Shown: positions 10,776-20,321, counted from the first letter of the stretch. The stretch: DNA of 64,000 bases from an uncultured delta proteobacterium (GCA_963810935.1 CAWEPK010000007.1:1-64000); one strand, 5' to 3'. Translations and numbers: made by a program. The notes: generated by a model from the sequence alone, not told the origin.

Positions 10776-10827
10776 ACTGTCCGGTCAGTCTATTAAACTG
10801 AATACCCTTTCTGAAAATTGTTGTCAA
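10776..10827 (-). promoter_or_regulatory. Sigma70-type promoter plus probable TetR operator
   Basis: TTGACA-17-TATTCA on the minus strand. Near-perfect palindrome ACTGTCCGGTCAGT (10776-10789) lies between the promoter and the tetR start. Confidence 0.5.
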
Positions 10828-10955
10828 GTAAAAACGTCAGGGTGATGGAAGGCCCGTTCAGGGTGTGCCGGCCGTCCTCTCGGCCGCGTTTCCGCAGTAG
10901 TGCTAGTTGACGATTCGCTTTTCCGTCCGCAGGTTCTATAAGGACTTGCTTCGTT

Positions 10956-12980
10956 ATGCACAATAGGGACCGGTCGGCGCGGGTTTCGGGGACGGAAAGG
11001 GGCGCATTCCGCGCGATGGCTGCGCCCTCGCGTGCGTCCGCGTTGCGGTCCGCCCTGATTGCCGCATTCCTCGCCGCCTTTGTCCTTTCTGCTGCGTCCG
11101 CCGCCTTCTGCCAGGTGACGGAAGACTCCGTCAACAAGGCAATAAAGGAAAGCGGGGCGGGGTGGGTTGCGGGCAAGACCTCCGTTTCCGAGCTGGCCCC
11201 CGAGGAGAAGAAGCGGCGCGTCTCTCTCAGGCGGCCCGAGAGCTTCGGGCAGGTGGCGGAACTTTACGAGCCGCCGGCCAATGCTGCGGCGCCTGCCTCC
11301 TTCGACTGGAGGAGCAACGGCGGCCACAACTACGTTACCCCGATCAGGGACCAGGGCAGTTGCGGCTCGTGCTGGGCCTTCGCCGCGACTGCGGCCCTGG
11401 AGTCGAAAGTCCTTATCGACACCAACACGCCCGACCGGGACCTGGACCTCGCCGAGCAGGTCCTTGTCTCGTGCGATACGACGGACCAGGGCTGCAACGG
11501 GGGCTGGACCTACGACGCGTCCGCGTTCATATGCGCCGACGGCGTGCCGCCTGAATCGTGCGACCCATATACGGCGACCAACGGCTCCTGCTCCAGCGCG
11601 TGCGCAAACTGGCAGCAAAAAGCTTACAAGGGGCAAGCTTACCTTAATGTGGCGCAATCGGCCGACGCCATCAAGGCCGCAGTCAACACGACCGGCCCCG
11701 TCCATTGCTCGATGGCGGTCTTCGAGGATTTTTACTATTACACGTCGGGCGTTTACAAGCACGTCAGCGGCGCCGAGGTGGGCCTCCACGCAGTCGCCAT
11801 CATCGGATACGACGATGTGAACCAGTGCTTCATAGTGAAGAACAGTTGGGGGACGGGCTTCGGAGAGGCCGGTTTCTTCAGGATCGCCTATACCGAGATT
11901 TCGTCGGTGACGGACTTCGGGAATTCGGCGAATGTCTTCAGCGGGATACTCAACCCCGGCGCTTCATTTATGCTGTCGCCCGCCAGCCTCGATTTCGGCA
12001 CAGTCATACTTCCGGACCAGGCCTCGAAGAGCCTCACTCTCACTATAACGAACAACGGCACGGCCGTCCTCACGAATATGACGCTTGCAGTTACCGGCTC
12101 CGCGTTCTCAGTGCAGCCCGGCACGATAGGCTCTATTCCTTCGGGCGCAGCTTATCAGGCCACCGTAACGTACCTGACCCACCCGGGCAATACGCCGGAC
12201 CAGGGGTCCCTCTCCGTCTCCTCGGGGGGTGTAACCCAGACAGTCCCCATTACGGGCAGCTCCGACACGAGGCCGAGACAGCCTGTAAACACGTCGCCGG
12301 CGAACGGGAGCGCCTCGGTCACACTGCCGTGCACGCTTTACGCCTCTGCCTTTTACGACACGGACGGCGACGGCCATAAGGGGAGCAACTGGGTCATCAA
12401 GGACGCGGCGGGTAACGTGGTCTATCAGACGAGCATCACCCAGCCGGATGGGACTGTCACGAACTTCGACCCCAACAACAAGACGAGCTTCCCCGTGCCA
12501 ACGGGTGCGCTCCAGCAGGGGCAGCTCTACCTGTGGCAGGTGACGTACCAAGACGACAGGGGCGCGGCCTCCCTGCCTTCCACTGCGACGTCTTTCAGCG
12601 CGGGGCCGTATTCGCCCGCGCCCGACCCTCCGGCAAGCGGCTCCGATCCGGCCTCAGGCGGCGGAGGCGGCGGATGCTTCATCGCGACTGCGGTCTTCGG
12701 CTCCCCGGAAGATGCCCGCGTGATGGTACTCCGGAGCTTCAGGGACAGGTGGCTGCTCACGAGCCGCACGGGCAGCGCTCTCGTCGGTCTCTATTACACG
12801 TACTCCCCGCGTTTCGTCTCGATTGTCGAACGCAATTGGCCCGCGCGCGCTTTCGCGTGGTGCTCCCTCACTGTCATAGTCTGTCTGATCGGCCATCCGT
12901 GGGCCGCGCTCCTCGCCCTCTTCGCCGGGACGGCCGGAACAGTGTTTCTGGTGAGGAGAAAGAAGGGGCGCACGGCCTGA
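10956..12980 (+). CDS. Secreted C1A (papain-family) cysteine peptidase with Ig-like domains and CFI-box-CTERM anchor
   Basis: Signal peptide; QGSCGSCWAF, HAVAIIGY, KNSWG catalytic motifs; LDFG..LTITNNG Ig-like domain; GGGGGGCFIATAVFGS..LRSFRD, then TM helix and RRKK. Start may be 11016. Confidence 0.88.
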   Translation: MHNRDRSARVSGTERGAFRAMAAPSRASALRSALIAAFLAAFVLSAASAAFCQVTEDSVNKAIKESGAGWVAGKTSVSELAPEEKKRRVSLRRPESFGQVAELYEPPANAAAPASFDWRSNGGHNYVTPIRDQGSCGSCWAFAATAALESKVLIDTNTPDRDLDLAEQVLVSCDTTDQGCNGGWTYDASAFICADGVPPESCDPYTATNGSCSSACANWQQKAYKGQAYLNVAQSADAIKAAVNTTGPVHCSMAVFEDFYYYTSGVYKHVSGAEVGLHAVAIIGYDDVNQCFIVKNSWGTGFGEAGFFRIAYTEISSVTDFGNSANVFSGILNPGASFMLSPASLDFGTVILPDQASKSLTLTITNNGTAVLTNMTLAVTGSAFSVQPGTIGSIPSGAAYQATVTYLTHPGNTPDQGSLSVSSGGVTQTVPITGSSDTRPRQPVNTSPANGSASVTLPCTLYASAFYDTDGDGHKGSNWVIKDAAGNVVYQTSITQPDGTVTNFDPNNKTSFPVPTGALQQGQLYLWQVTYQDDRGAASLPSTATSFSAGPYSPAPDPPASGSDPASGGGGGGCFIATAVFGSPEDARVMVLRSFRDRWLLTSRTGSALVGLYYTYSPRFVSIVERNWPARAFAWCSLTVIVCLIGHPWAALLALFAGTAGTVFLVRRKKGRTA

Positions 12981-12989
12981 CGGTATTGC

Positions 12990-14189
12990 TCAGGCCTTCT
13001 TTGAGCGGTCCATCACGGCGATCAGCAAAAGAAAGAGCAGGGCGGATGCGGCTGCGGTCGCCGCGCCGAAGTAGAAGGTCGCGGCCGGGGAGACGGCCTC
13101 CCACAGCCAGCCCCCGATAAGGCTCGCGGGGAATATGGCGACGCCGGTGCACGTCGCATATACGCCGAAGGCCGTGGCCTTGAAATCGGCAGGGATGATC
13201 GTTGCCAGGAACGCCTTCTGTATGCCCTCGGTAAGCCCCATGAATATCCCGTAGAGCGCAAAGAGCAACCAGACGGCCTGTGCGCTGCCTGCGACTGCAA
13301 AGCCGTAATAGACTGCGGCGAACAGCAGAAAGCCGATGAGGATGACCCTCTTCCTGCCGAACCTGTCTGCCGCCATGCCCGCCGGCACCGACGAAAGCGC
13401 ATAGACGAGGTTGAACAGCAGGTAGACGATAGGGACCATGACCGTGGGCACGCCTAACTGCCCCGCCCGCAATATAAGGAAGACGTCGCTCGAATTGCCG
13501 AGGGCGAAGATGGAGGCTATCCCTATGAAGGACTTCGCCTTCCAATCGAGCCGGCCTAAGACCGGCCGGGGCCCGTCCGAGGGAGCGGCGAGCGTTTCCC
13601 GCTTTTCCTCGATAAAGAGAAAAATTGCGATTACGGCAGCGGCGGCCGGGACCATCGAGAGCCAGAAGACGACCCTGTAACTGTCGGCGAACAGGCCGAG
13701 GAGGAGGAAGGCGAGGGCGGGGCCTGCAACAGCGCCCATCGTGTCCATGGCGCGGTGGAAGCTGAATGCCCGTGCGAGGCGGCTTGCGGGCGTGGAGTCT
13801 GCGATAATGGCGTCGCGCGGCGCAGTCCTTATGCCCTTTCCCAGGCGGTCGATGAAGCGGGCCGAGAAGACCTGCTGCCACGAGGCGGCAGTCGCCATGA
13901 CGGGCCTGCTCAACGCGGCAATCCCGTAGCCCAGGGCCATCAGGTGCTTGCGGCGGCCCAGGCGGTCGGAAAGCCACCCGGAAAATACCCTGAGCAGGCT
14001 TGCGGTCGATTCCGCGATCCCTTCGATCAAGCCGATGACGGACTTATTGACGCCCAGGACATTTGCGAGGAAGAGGGGCACGAGGGGGTAAATCATCTCG
14101 GAGCTTACGTCCATGAAAAAGCTCACGAGCCCGGAGAAGAAGATGTTCCTGCCGAAACCGAAGAATTGCCTGTTCCTGCTCACGGCCAT
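12990..14189 (-). CDS. MFS transporter
   Basis: ~12 TM segments; GWLSDRLGRRK and ADRFGRKR motif A; DRLGKGIRTAPRDA. Confidence 0.9.
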   Translation of the reverse strand: MAVSRNRQFFGFGRNIFFSGLVSFFMDVSSEMIYPLVPLFLANVLGVNKSVIGLIEGIAESTASLLRVFSGWLSDRLGRRKHLMALGYGIAALSRPVMATAASWQQVFSARFIDRLGKGIRTAPRDAIIADSTPASRLARAFSFHRAMDTMGAVAGPALAFLLLGLFADSYRVVFWLSMVPAAAAVIAIFLFIEEKRETLAAPSDGPRPVLGRLDWKAKSFIGIASIFALGNSSDVFLILRAGQLGVPTVMVPIVYLLFNLVYALSSVPAGMAADRFGRKRVILIGFLLFAAVYYGFAVAGSAQAVWLLFALYGIFMGLTEGIQKAFLATIIPADFKATAFGVYATCTGVAIFPASLIGGWLWEAVSPAATFYFGAATAAASALLFLLLIAVMDRSKKA

Positions 14190-14254
14190 TCGAGCGGCCT
14201 GCCCGCATGAAACGAAAGGACTTGGAAGCGGCGCACCATTCCCTTAAAATCTGT

Positions 14255-14563
14255 TTACAGGAAGACTAACAGTAAAGAGAGGAATTTCGTCGCCGCGATC
14301 CTCACGTAGTCGTCATGGGTGATCGCCTCGCCGGGGTTGAAATACCCCCGCTCCGACAGGGCAAGGACGATCTCTTCCTGACAGGCCGACGACGGGTCGT
14401 AATGGATCAGGCAACTCCCCGTCCTGCCGTCGATGGCGATGCTTGTAATCCCGGCCACTGCGCCGAGCGCTGCGAATATCTCTTTCTCCGCCCCCTCGTT
14501 CCGGCGCACGATAGGGCTCCTGATCCTGAGTCTTCCCGGCAAGTGGTGTATGTAATAAGACAC
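14255..14563 (-). CDS. HMA2-like small heavy-metal-associated domain protein
   Basis: IHHLPGRLRIRSP...GITSI...TGSCLIHYD pattern. GGAGG RBS before GTG at 14563. Confidence 0.65.
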   Translation of the reverse strand: MSYYIHHLPGRLRIRSPIVRRNEGAEKEIFAALGAVAGITSIAIDGRTGSCLIHYDPSSACQEEIVLALSERGYFNPGEAITHDDYVRIAATKFLSLLLVFL

Positions 14564-14695
14564 GCGCACCTCCCCGGACTCAAACACATAATTTCGATCG
14601 CTGGCGTAAGGTAAACCAGCGGAAGAACCGATGTCAAGGGAAAATATGGGTGATTAATCATTTGACAAATTAGAGGCAGGCGGTAGAATAGCGGG

Positions 14696-15742
14696 ATGGT
14701 TAAATGTCTTTTTAAAATACTCTCCTTTATTATTGCCGTTCTTGGGGGACTCTTAATGTTTGTGGCCGGGATATCCCCCACAGAATTAAATCACAATGTT
14801 AATGCATGGGTAACTAAACATCATATCCCGCTACCAGAAGTAATAAAAAGCGCAGATGCAGACGTGTGGGTATATCGGATAGGTTTAGTATTGCTGTGTT
14901 CTGGGGTTCTTTGTTTGTTGTTGATATTAATAGCGGGGATAGTCAAACAACGTAAACAGAAAAAGAGAAGGAAAGCACCGGGACCTGACCTTATTAGTTA
15001 TTACGACTTTCTAATTCTTTATGATGTGAATGATGCAAAGGACTGGTGGCCGTTTTTTGAAGTGAAGAAGGACGGGGTCTGGACAAAGGAACCCACAGAA
15101 GACGAGCAGATCTGGTTAACCCTTGAGAAAAGAAAAGAACTGTTCGATCACCCGAATCCGGTTTTGCGGTTTCCTTGTACTAAAGAGGAATTCGAGAAGT
15201 TTACCGAAGAATTTATGCCAGAAGACATGATTTGTACTATGAGGAAGAAACAAAAATCCGAAGAGAGGTTGCTTTATCATGAGAAACTAAACGTGGCTGT
15301 TTGGGGAAAGGATACGATTTTAAATATTGATTCTTCTTCCAAGGACCGCCCCACAGAATTTAAATGGCGCAGCATTACAGTTCTAACGGGGTACATAGAA
15401 AACAACGAGTTTTACGTTACCACCACTTTGTATGGTGATGAGAATGCTCCGGAAGTGCCAGTGGTAAATAATCGTAATACGATCAGTGCTTTGCCGTGGG
15501 ATATGAATTTTGACGATACAGCACTTGAACATGTTGATAGCGATCTGAACCCTCGACTCCAACTCATTTATAAGAATAATCATAGCACCGTTGTAATCAA
15601 TGGATTGTTCAGTGTGCCAAACGGCATTCTTCTGGTGAGAGAAATGATGGAGACAATGGTTTTTGGCAATTTTTTTGGCAACTGGCTTAAGCGGCTGTTT
15701 AAATACCCGTCTCGGCGGTTTCCCGGCCAAGAGGAAGATTAA
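14696..15742 (+). CDS. Hypothetical AT-rich membrane protein
   Basis: 348-aa ORF with two N-terminal TM helices, visibly AT-richer than the host. TTGACA-16-TAGAAT ends 6 nt before the ATG (possibly leaderless). Confidence 0.65.
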   Translation: MVKCLFKILSFIIAVLGGLLMFVAGISPTELNHNVNAWVTKHHIPLPEVIKSADADVWVYRIGLVLLCSGVLCLLLILIAGIVKQRKQKKRRKAPGPDLISYYDFLILYDVNDAKDWWPFFEVKKDGVWTKEPTEDEQIWLTLEKRKELFDHPNPVLRFPCTKEEFEKFTEEFMPEDMICTMRKKQKSEERLLYHEKLNVAVWGKDTILNIDSSSKDRPTEFKWRSITVLTGYIENNEFYVTTTLYGDENAPEVPVVNNRNTISALPWDMNFDDTALEHVDSDLNPRLQLIYKNNHSTVVINGLFSVPNGILLVREMMETMVFGNFFGNWLKRLFKYPSRRFPGQEED

Positions 15743-15984
15743 TGCGCTACGATAGACCCGCGAATTACCGACCACCCGCAGTTGCAGCAATTGGCCCCCG
15801 GCCCAATTGCTGCCGTGGTCGGAGGAGCGCCTCAAGGAATTGCGATAGGCGGATGAAATGGGTGCCTTGCTGACCGGAGTCTCTATGCTATAAAAGCCCT
15901 CTTCCACAGGGGCGGATAAAAAGGCTACCCTCTTTCTCTTAAGCGATGGATGCACATCGCAAACCAAGGAAAGGGAGGTAGCCA

Positions 15985-17062
15985 ATGGAGATTCATAGGG
16001 TACAGGATTTTGTGGTTGAAGGTAAAGAGGTTTTTATCGGTTTGGAAGACTCAAAGAAGACCTGGAAGATAGCAGTTCGGTGTGACAGGATGGTGATCCA
16101 CCAGGTATCCATGGAGGCAAAGTATGTCTTGCTGAAGCAATACCTGAGAAACAGGTTCCCCGGTTGCACGGTCCATTTGATGTACGAAGCAGGCTTCAAG
16201 GGGTTCAACCTTCACGATCTTCTTGCCGAAGACGGCATCGACTGCGTGGTGATCCCTCCCCATATGGTGACGGAGCCGAAGGCAAACAAGGTTAAGACCG
16301 ATAAAAGGGATGCAAACCGTCTCGCCCGCATCCTGGAGAGCCACGATTACAGGGACCCCTGCTGTGTACCCGACAAAGAGAGGAGGGAGGACCGGCAGGT
16401 AAGCCGTACCATAATCGCCATACAGAAGGATATCATCGGTAACCGCAACCGCATCCGCAAGCTCCTCGACTTTCACGGGATCGAGGTCCCCTTTGCCGGT
16501 AAGAGCGAATGGGGGCGAAAGGAGTTCGAGGGTCTTCGGACATTACCCCTGAGCGATCCCTTAAGGGCAGACTCTGGGCTCGCTTTTGACCATACTGGAG
16601 GAACTGTGGGGCCAGCGTGCGGTCTTGAGGGACTATCTCCGGGGTCTGTGCAAGAAGGAGCGTTATAGAAAGCCCTACGAGGTCGCAAAGAGCATCCCCG
16701 GCATAGGGTGGTTCACAGCCATCCGCCTGATATTAGAGCTGGGGGAGGATCTCTCCCGTTTCGGAAGCGGGAAGAAGATCGCAGGCTTCGTGGGGTTGGG
16801 CTGCAGCGAGCATTCGACGGGCCAGACCGAACGGAAAGGTCGTATCACGGGCATGGGGTCGGGGTTCATACGGCATATCCTGGTCGAGAATGCCTGGATA
16901 GCGATCAGAAAGGACCCGGCCCTGCTGTCCAAGTTCTCACGGGTATGGCGGTCGAGCGGCAGTAAGAAGAAAGCCATAGTGGCAGTTGCCCGTACTCTTA
17001 TTGTGCGCCTTCGGGCCTGCATGCTTTCGGGCAGGCCTTATACGGTCGGAGTTATTAGATAG
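15985..17062 (+). CDS. IS110-family transposase/recombinase, with an apparent +1 indel at ~16571
   Basis: RuvC-like N-terminus (FIGLEDSK, MYEAG, KTDKRDA); C-terminal SIPGIG..., GFVGL..SEHSTG, KKAIVAVAR. Confidence 0.88.
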
Positions 17063-17340
17063 GATGAGCCTGACGGAAGAGGACCTTAACAGAACAAGGG
17101 CGTACAACGCCACGTACGCTGTATTAAAGAACGGCCCGGAGTATGTTGACGCCCGTTCCTCTTTTTTCGAAAAGCAGACACATGTGGGTTGGACCACGAA
17201 TAGCAGCTTGCAAAGAACCTCCTCTTCAAGAAAGGCTCGCGCTTCGGCCGCGGACCTGTGTAAGGTCGTCGGCCTCGCGCTCGCTATCGGATATGTACTC
17301 ACTAATAACAGAGGGAAAGTCATGGACTGACCCATAAAGA
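17063..17340 (+). ncRNA. Putative bridge/seek RNA of the IS element
   Basis: Structured non-coding region containing short matches to the reconstructed target and donor junctions (see findings). RNA ends unknown. Confidence 0.6.
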
Positions 17341-17682
17341 AAAGGGGGTAGCAAAAGCCCGCTGGAAGAATCCGTTGACTTTTATCATAGCAGGCGTACG
17401 CATGTACGTCGGAGGGCACGCGCTGAGCAGGGCGCCGCATAGCGCGACCCCGCAGCAGGCGCGAGTCCAAACCTCGCCACACCATCCGCCCTTGCTCTTT
17501 TTCCCCTCCCTCTCACCCCACCCTTGGTCCCCCCCCAACCCGACCACCCACCCCCACCCACCGATAATTGTTGACACCTTTCGCTCGATATAGGAGACTG
17601 TCTCATGCGCCCGGGCTTCGCACCCGGCATCGTGAACCGTATGAAGACCGCTGCGTTTCGACAACCCGCTATCGGAGGAAAG

Positions 17683-19059
17683 ATGAATAATATGGCCTCG
17701 TCCCAGGCCCGGCCGCGCCTTTGCGCACTGGTCCGCGCCACCGCCGTTGCTCTCGTCGTTCTATCATGGACAGGCATCGCATTCTGCGGCGAGATCCATG
17801 ACGCGGCCAGGGACGGCGATGTGGCTAAGGTGACGGCGCTTCTCGACGGCAGCCCGGCACTGGTCTCCGAAAAAGATACGAACGGCGCCACGCCCCTGCA
17901 CATGGCGGCGGAGAACGGCAAAAAGGACGTGGCTGCATTGCTTCTGGCCCGAGGGGCCAAGCCGAGCGCGATTGATAACGGCGGCGTGACGCCTTTGCAC
18001 ATGGCTGCCGCCAACGGCTACAAGGACGTAGTGCAACTCCTTCTGGCGAACAAGGCATTCGCAGGCACGATGGACCGTAACGGCGTGACCCCTTTGCACT
18101 GGGCGGCCAATGGCGGCCATACGGAAACTGCTGCGCTCCTTCTGTCGAACAGGGCGGACGCAAACGCGAAAGACAACAACGGCGTGACCCCCCTCCACGC
18201 GGCCGCAGGGAAGGGCCGCAAGGAGATGGTCGCCCTCCTTCTTGCGAATAAGGCGGACGTGAACGCGCGAGACGTCAACGGCGTCACACCTCTGCTGGCA
18301 GCCGCCTCCAACGGCCAGAAGGAGACGGCGCAGGTGCTTCTGGCGAGCGGGGCGGATGCCGGGGCTGCGAATAAGTTCGGCCAGACGCCCCTCCACGTCG
18401 CCGCCTTCGGCGGCTACAAAGACGTAGCGGAGTTGCTTATCAGCCGCCGCGCAGACATCAACGCGACGGACAACGACGGCGAGACGCCTTTGCACATGGC
18501 CGCCGAGAAAGGCCGGAAGGACGTCGCTGCGCTGCTTTTGGCAAAGGGGGCCGGCATCAACGTCAAAGAAGCGAAATACGGCCGGACGCCCCTGCACATC
18601 GCCGCGAGGAACGGCCGGAAGGAAGTTTGCGATCTGCTCCTTTCGAACAAGGCCGAGATAGCCGGCACGGATAACACGGGCGAGATGCCCCTCCACGTCG
18701 CCGCCTTCGGCGGCCACAAAGACGTAGTGGAGCTGCTTGTCGCGCGCGGCGCCGACGTCAACGCGACGGACAACGACGGCGAGACGCCTCTGCACATGGC
18801 CGCCGAGACAGGCCAGAGGGACGTCGCCGAGTGGCTCCTTGGGCATAAGGCAGATATCAACGCCAGGGACGGCGACCGCCGGACGCCCCTGCACATCGCC
18901 GCGATGAAGGGCAAAAAGAACGTCGTCGAGCTCCTGTTAACAAGTAAAGCAGAGATCAACCCCTGGGACAAGGACCACCGGACGCCGTTGTGGCTGGCGA
19001 CAATCAAGGGCTACAAGGCCCTGGCGACCTGGATGCGCGAACACGGCGGCCACGAATAG
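17683..19059 (+). CDS. Secreted ankyrin-repeat protein (~13 repeats)
   Basis: GGAGG RBS; signal peptide; repeated TPLHxAA..G...V..LL...ADxN units. Confidence 0.92.
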   Translation: MNNMASSQARPRLCALVRATAVALVVLSWTGIAFCGEIHDAARDGDVAKVTALLDGSPALVSEKDTNGATPLHMAAENGKKDVAALLLARGAKPSAIDNGGVTPLHMAAANGYKDVVQLLLANKAFAGTMDRNGVTPLHWAANGGHTETAALLLSNRADANAKDNNGVTPLHAAAGKGRKEMVALLLANKADVNARDVNGVTPLLAAASNGQKETAQVLLASGADAGAANKFGQTPLHVAAFGGYKDVAELLISRRADINATDNDGETPLHMAAEKGRKDVAALLLAKGAGINVKEAKYGRTPLHIAARNGRKEVCDLLLSNKAEIAGTDNTGEMPLHVAAFGGHKDVVELLVARGADVNATDNDGETPLHMAAETGQRDVAEWLLGHKADINARDGDRRTPLHIAAMKGKKNVVELLLTSKAEINPWDKDHRTPLWLATIKGYKALATWMREHGGHE

Positions 19060-19119
19060 TCCCGCATTTCCCGCCCTTCGCTTGATTTTTCCGGTTGCCT
19101 CATTTTATAGTAGGGCGCT

Positions 19120-20304
19120 ATGAATCGGATGCGCTCAAAGCCGGGCCGCATGGCCTATTTCGTCACGGGCTGGCTCGGCATGCTTTTCTATTTCACCCAG
19201 AGATGGATTTTCGGACCTTTAATACCGTCGCTGATGCAGGCGTTCGGCGCGGACAGCACCACCATGGGCCTCATCGGCTCCGCCTCCATGTGGGGCTACG
19301 TGTTCATACCGATTGCCGCCGGCCTCTTCTCCGACCGCTTCGGAAGGAAGTACATCATCCTGATGGGGGTAGCCGGTTTTTCCGGCCTCACCGCGCTTGC
19401 CGGGCTGGCGAGCAGCCCGACCGAGCTTTTCTGGATCCGCTTTTTCACCGGCACGATGGAGGCATTGTATTTCGTCCCCGTTACTGCCTTTACCCTCGAG
19501 CTCTTCCCGGAGAGGCCCGCCTTTTTCCTCGGCCTTCTGGTTTCCGGCTCTTCTTTGGGCTGGTTCGTAGGCCCGGCACTGGCCGGCTGGCTCCTCGACG
19601 CTACCGGCACGTGGCGGAGCGCATTTCTGGTGGTGGGGCTGGCGGGGCTTCTGGTCGCCTTCCTGCAGTGGCGGTTCTGGCCGGTAGGCGTGAAACAGGC
19701 GAACCGTACCGGCCTATTCTTCGACAGGGACATCCTGCGTCCCCGCAGCCTATTCATGCTCCTGTTCCTGGGTCTCGTGCTCACCTGCCAGATGGGAGCC
19801 GAGTTCGGCTTTAGCATGTGGTTCCCCGTTTACCTCAAGAAGGAGCTGATGATGAGCGCGACAGCCGCAGGGCTGCTGACGGGCGTGTTCGGCCTGGGGC
19901 AGGCCGCAGGCAGGCCGGTCACGGGGATGCTGGCCGACCGGGTGGGGTACAGGCAGACCGGCTGTGCGGCGAGCGCCATCACCGGGATTTTCTTTATGCT
20001 CACCCTGACTGCGGGCAGCACGATGCAGAGGTTTGTTTATATGCTCGTCGCGGGGTTCGTGAGTACTGCTTCGACCGGGGGGGTCTGGACGTTCACGGGC
20101 CTGGCGTTCACCCGCTTCAAGGGGCTGGCGCTCGGCATCATAGTGACGATGGCGTATTGCACCGCATCGCTCTCGCCGGTGACGATAGGCTATATCACGG
20201 ACCACTATTCGGTGGCCACGGCGTTGTGGACGGTGTCGGTGCCCTGCGCGTTCGCCGCCGCCTTGTTCGTGTTACCTACTTTTCTACTCAAGAAGAGTGA
20301 GTAG
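19120..20304 (+). CDS. MFS transporter
   Basis: ~12 TM segments; GLFSDRFGRK and GMLADRVGYR motif A. Confidence 0.9.
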   Translation: MNRMRSKPGRMAYFVTGWLGMLFYFTQRWIFGPLIPSLMQAFGADSTTMGLIGSASMWGYVFIPIAAGLFSDRFGRKYIILMGVAGFSGLTALAGLASSPTELFWIRFFTGTMEALYFVPVTAFTLELFPERPAFFLGLLVSGSSLGWFVGPALAGWLLDATGTWRSAFLVVGLAGLLVAFLQWRFWPVGVKQANRTGLFFDRDILRPRSLFMLLFLGLVLTCQMGAEFGFSMWFPVYLKKELMMSATAAGLLTGVFGLGQAAGRPVTGMLADRVGYRQTGCAASAITGIFFMLTLTAGSTMQRFVYMLVAGFVSTASTGGVWTFTGLAFTRFKGLALGIIVTMAYCTASLSPVTIGYITDHYSVATALWTVSVPCAFAAALFVLPTFLLKKSE

Positions 20305-20321
20305 AAAAGTAGGAAGCACGA
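20267..20321. repeat. Long inverted repeat over the MFS stop codon (possible terminator)
   Basis: Perfect 16-bp arms CCTACTTTTCTACTCA (20275-20290) / TGAGTAGAAAAGTAGG (20298-20313), extendable outward with mismatches. Confidence 0.8.

Larger units (their letters stand above)
15878..17393 (+). mobile_element. IS110-family insertion sequence, IS1111 subgroup
   Basis: Transposase; sub-terminal imperfect IRs (CTATGCTATAAAAG 15883-15896 / CTTTTATCATAG 17379-17390); AG at both junctions; long downstream non-coding region. Confidence 0.85.

Noticed and set aside
16560..16590. Programmed ribosomal frameshift in the transposase
   Set aside because: No slippery heptamer; not typical of IS110; the site matches the AG-N-CT error pattern.
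17683..19059. CRISPR or non-coding repeat array
   Set aside because: The ~99-bp periodicity is in-frame ankyrin coding. I saw no CRISPR array or cas genes anywhere in the window.
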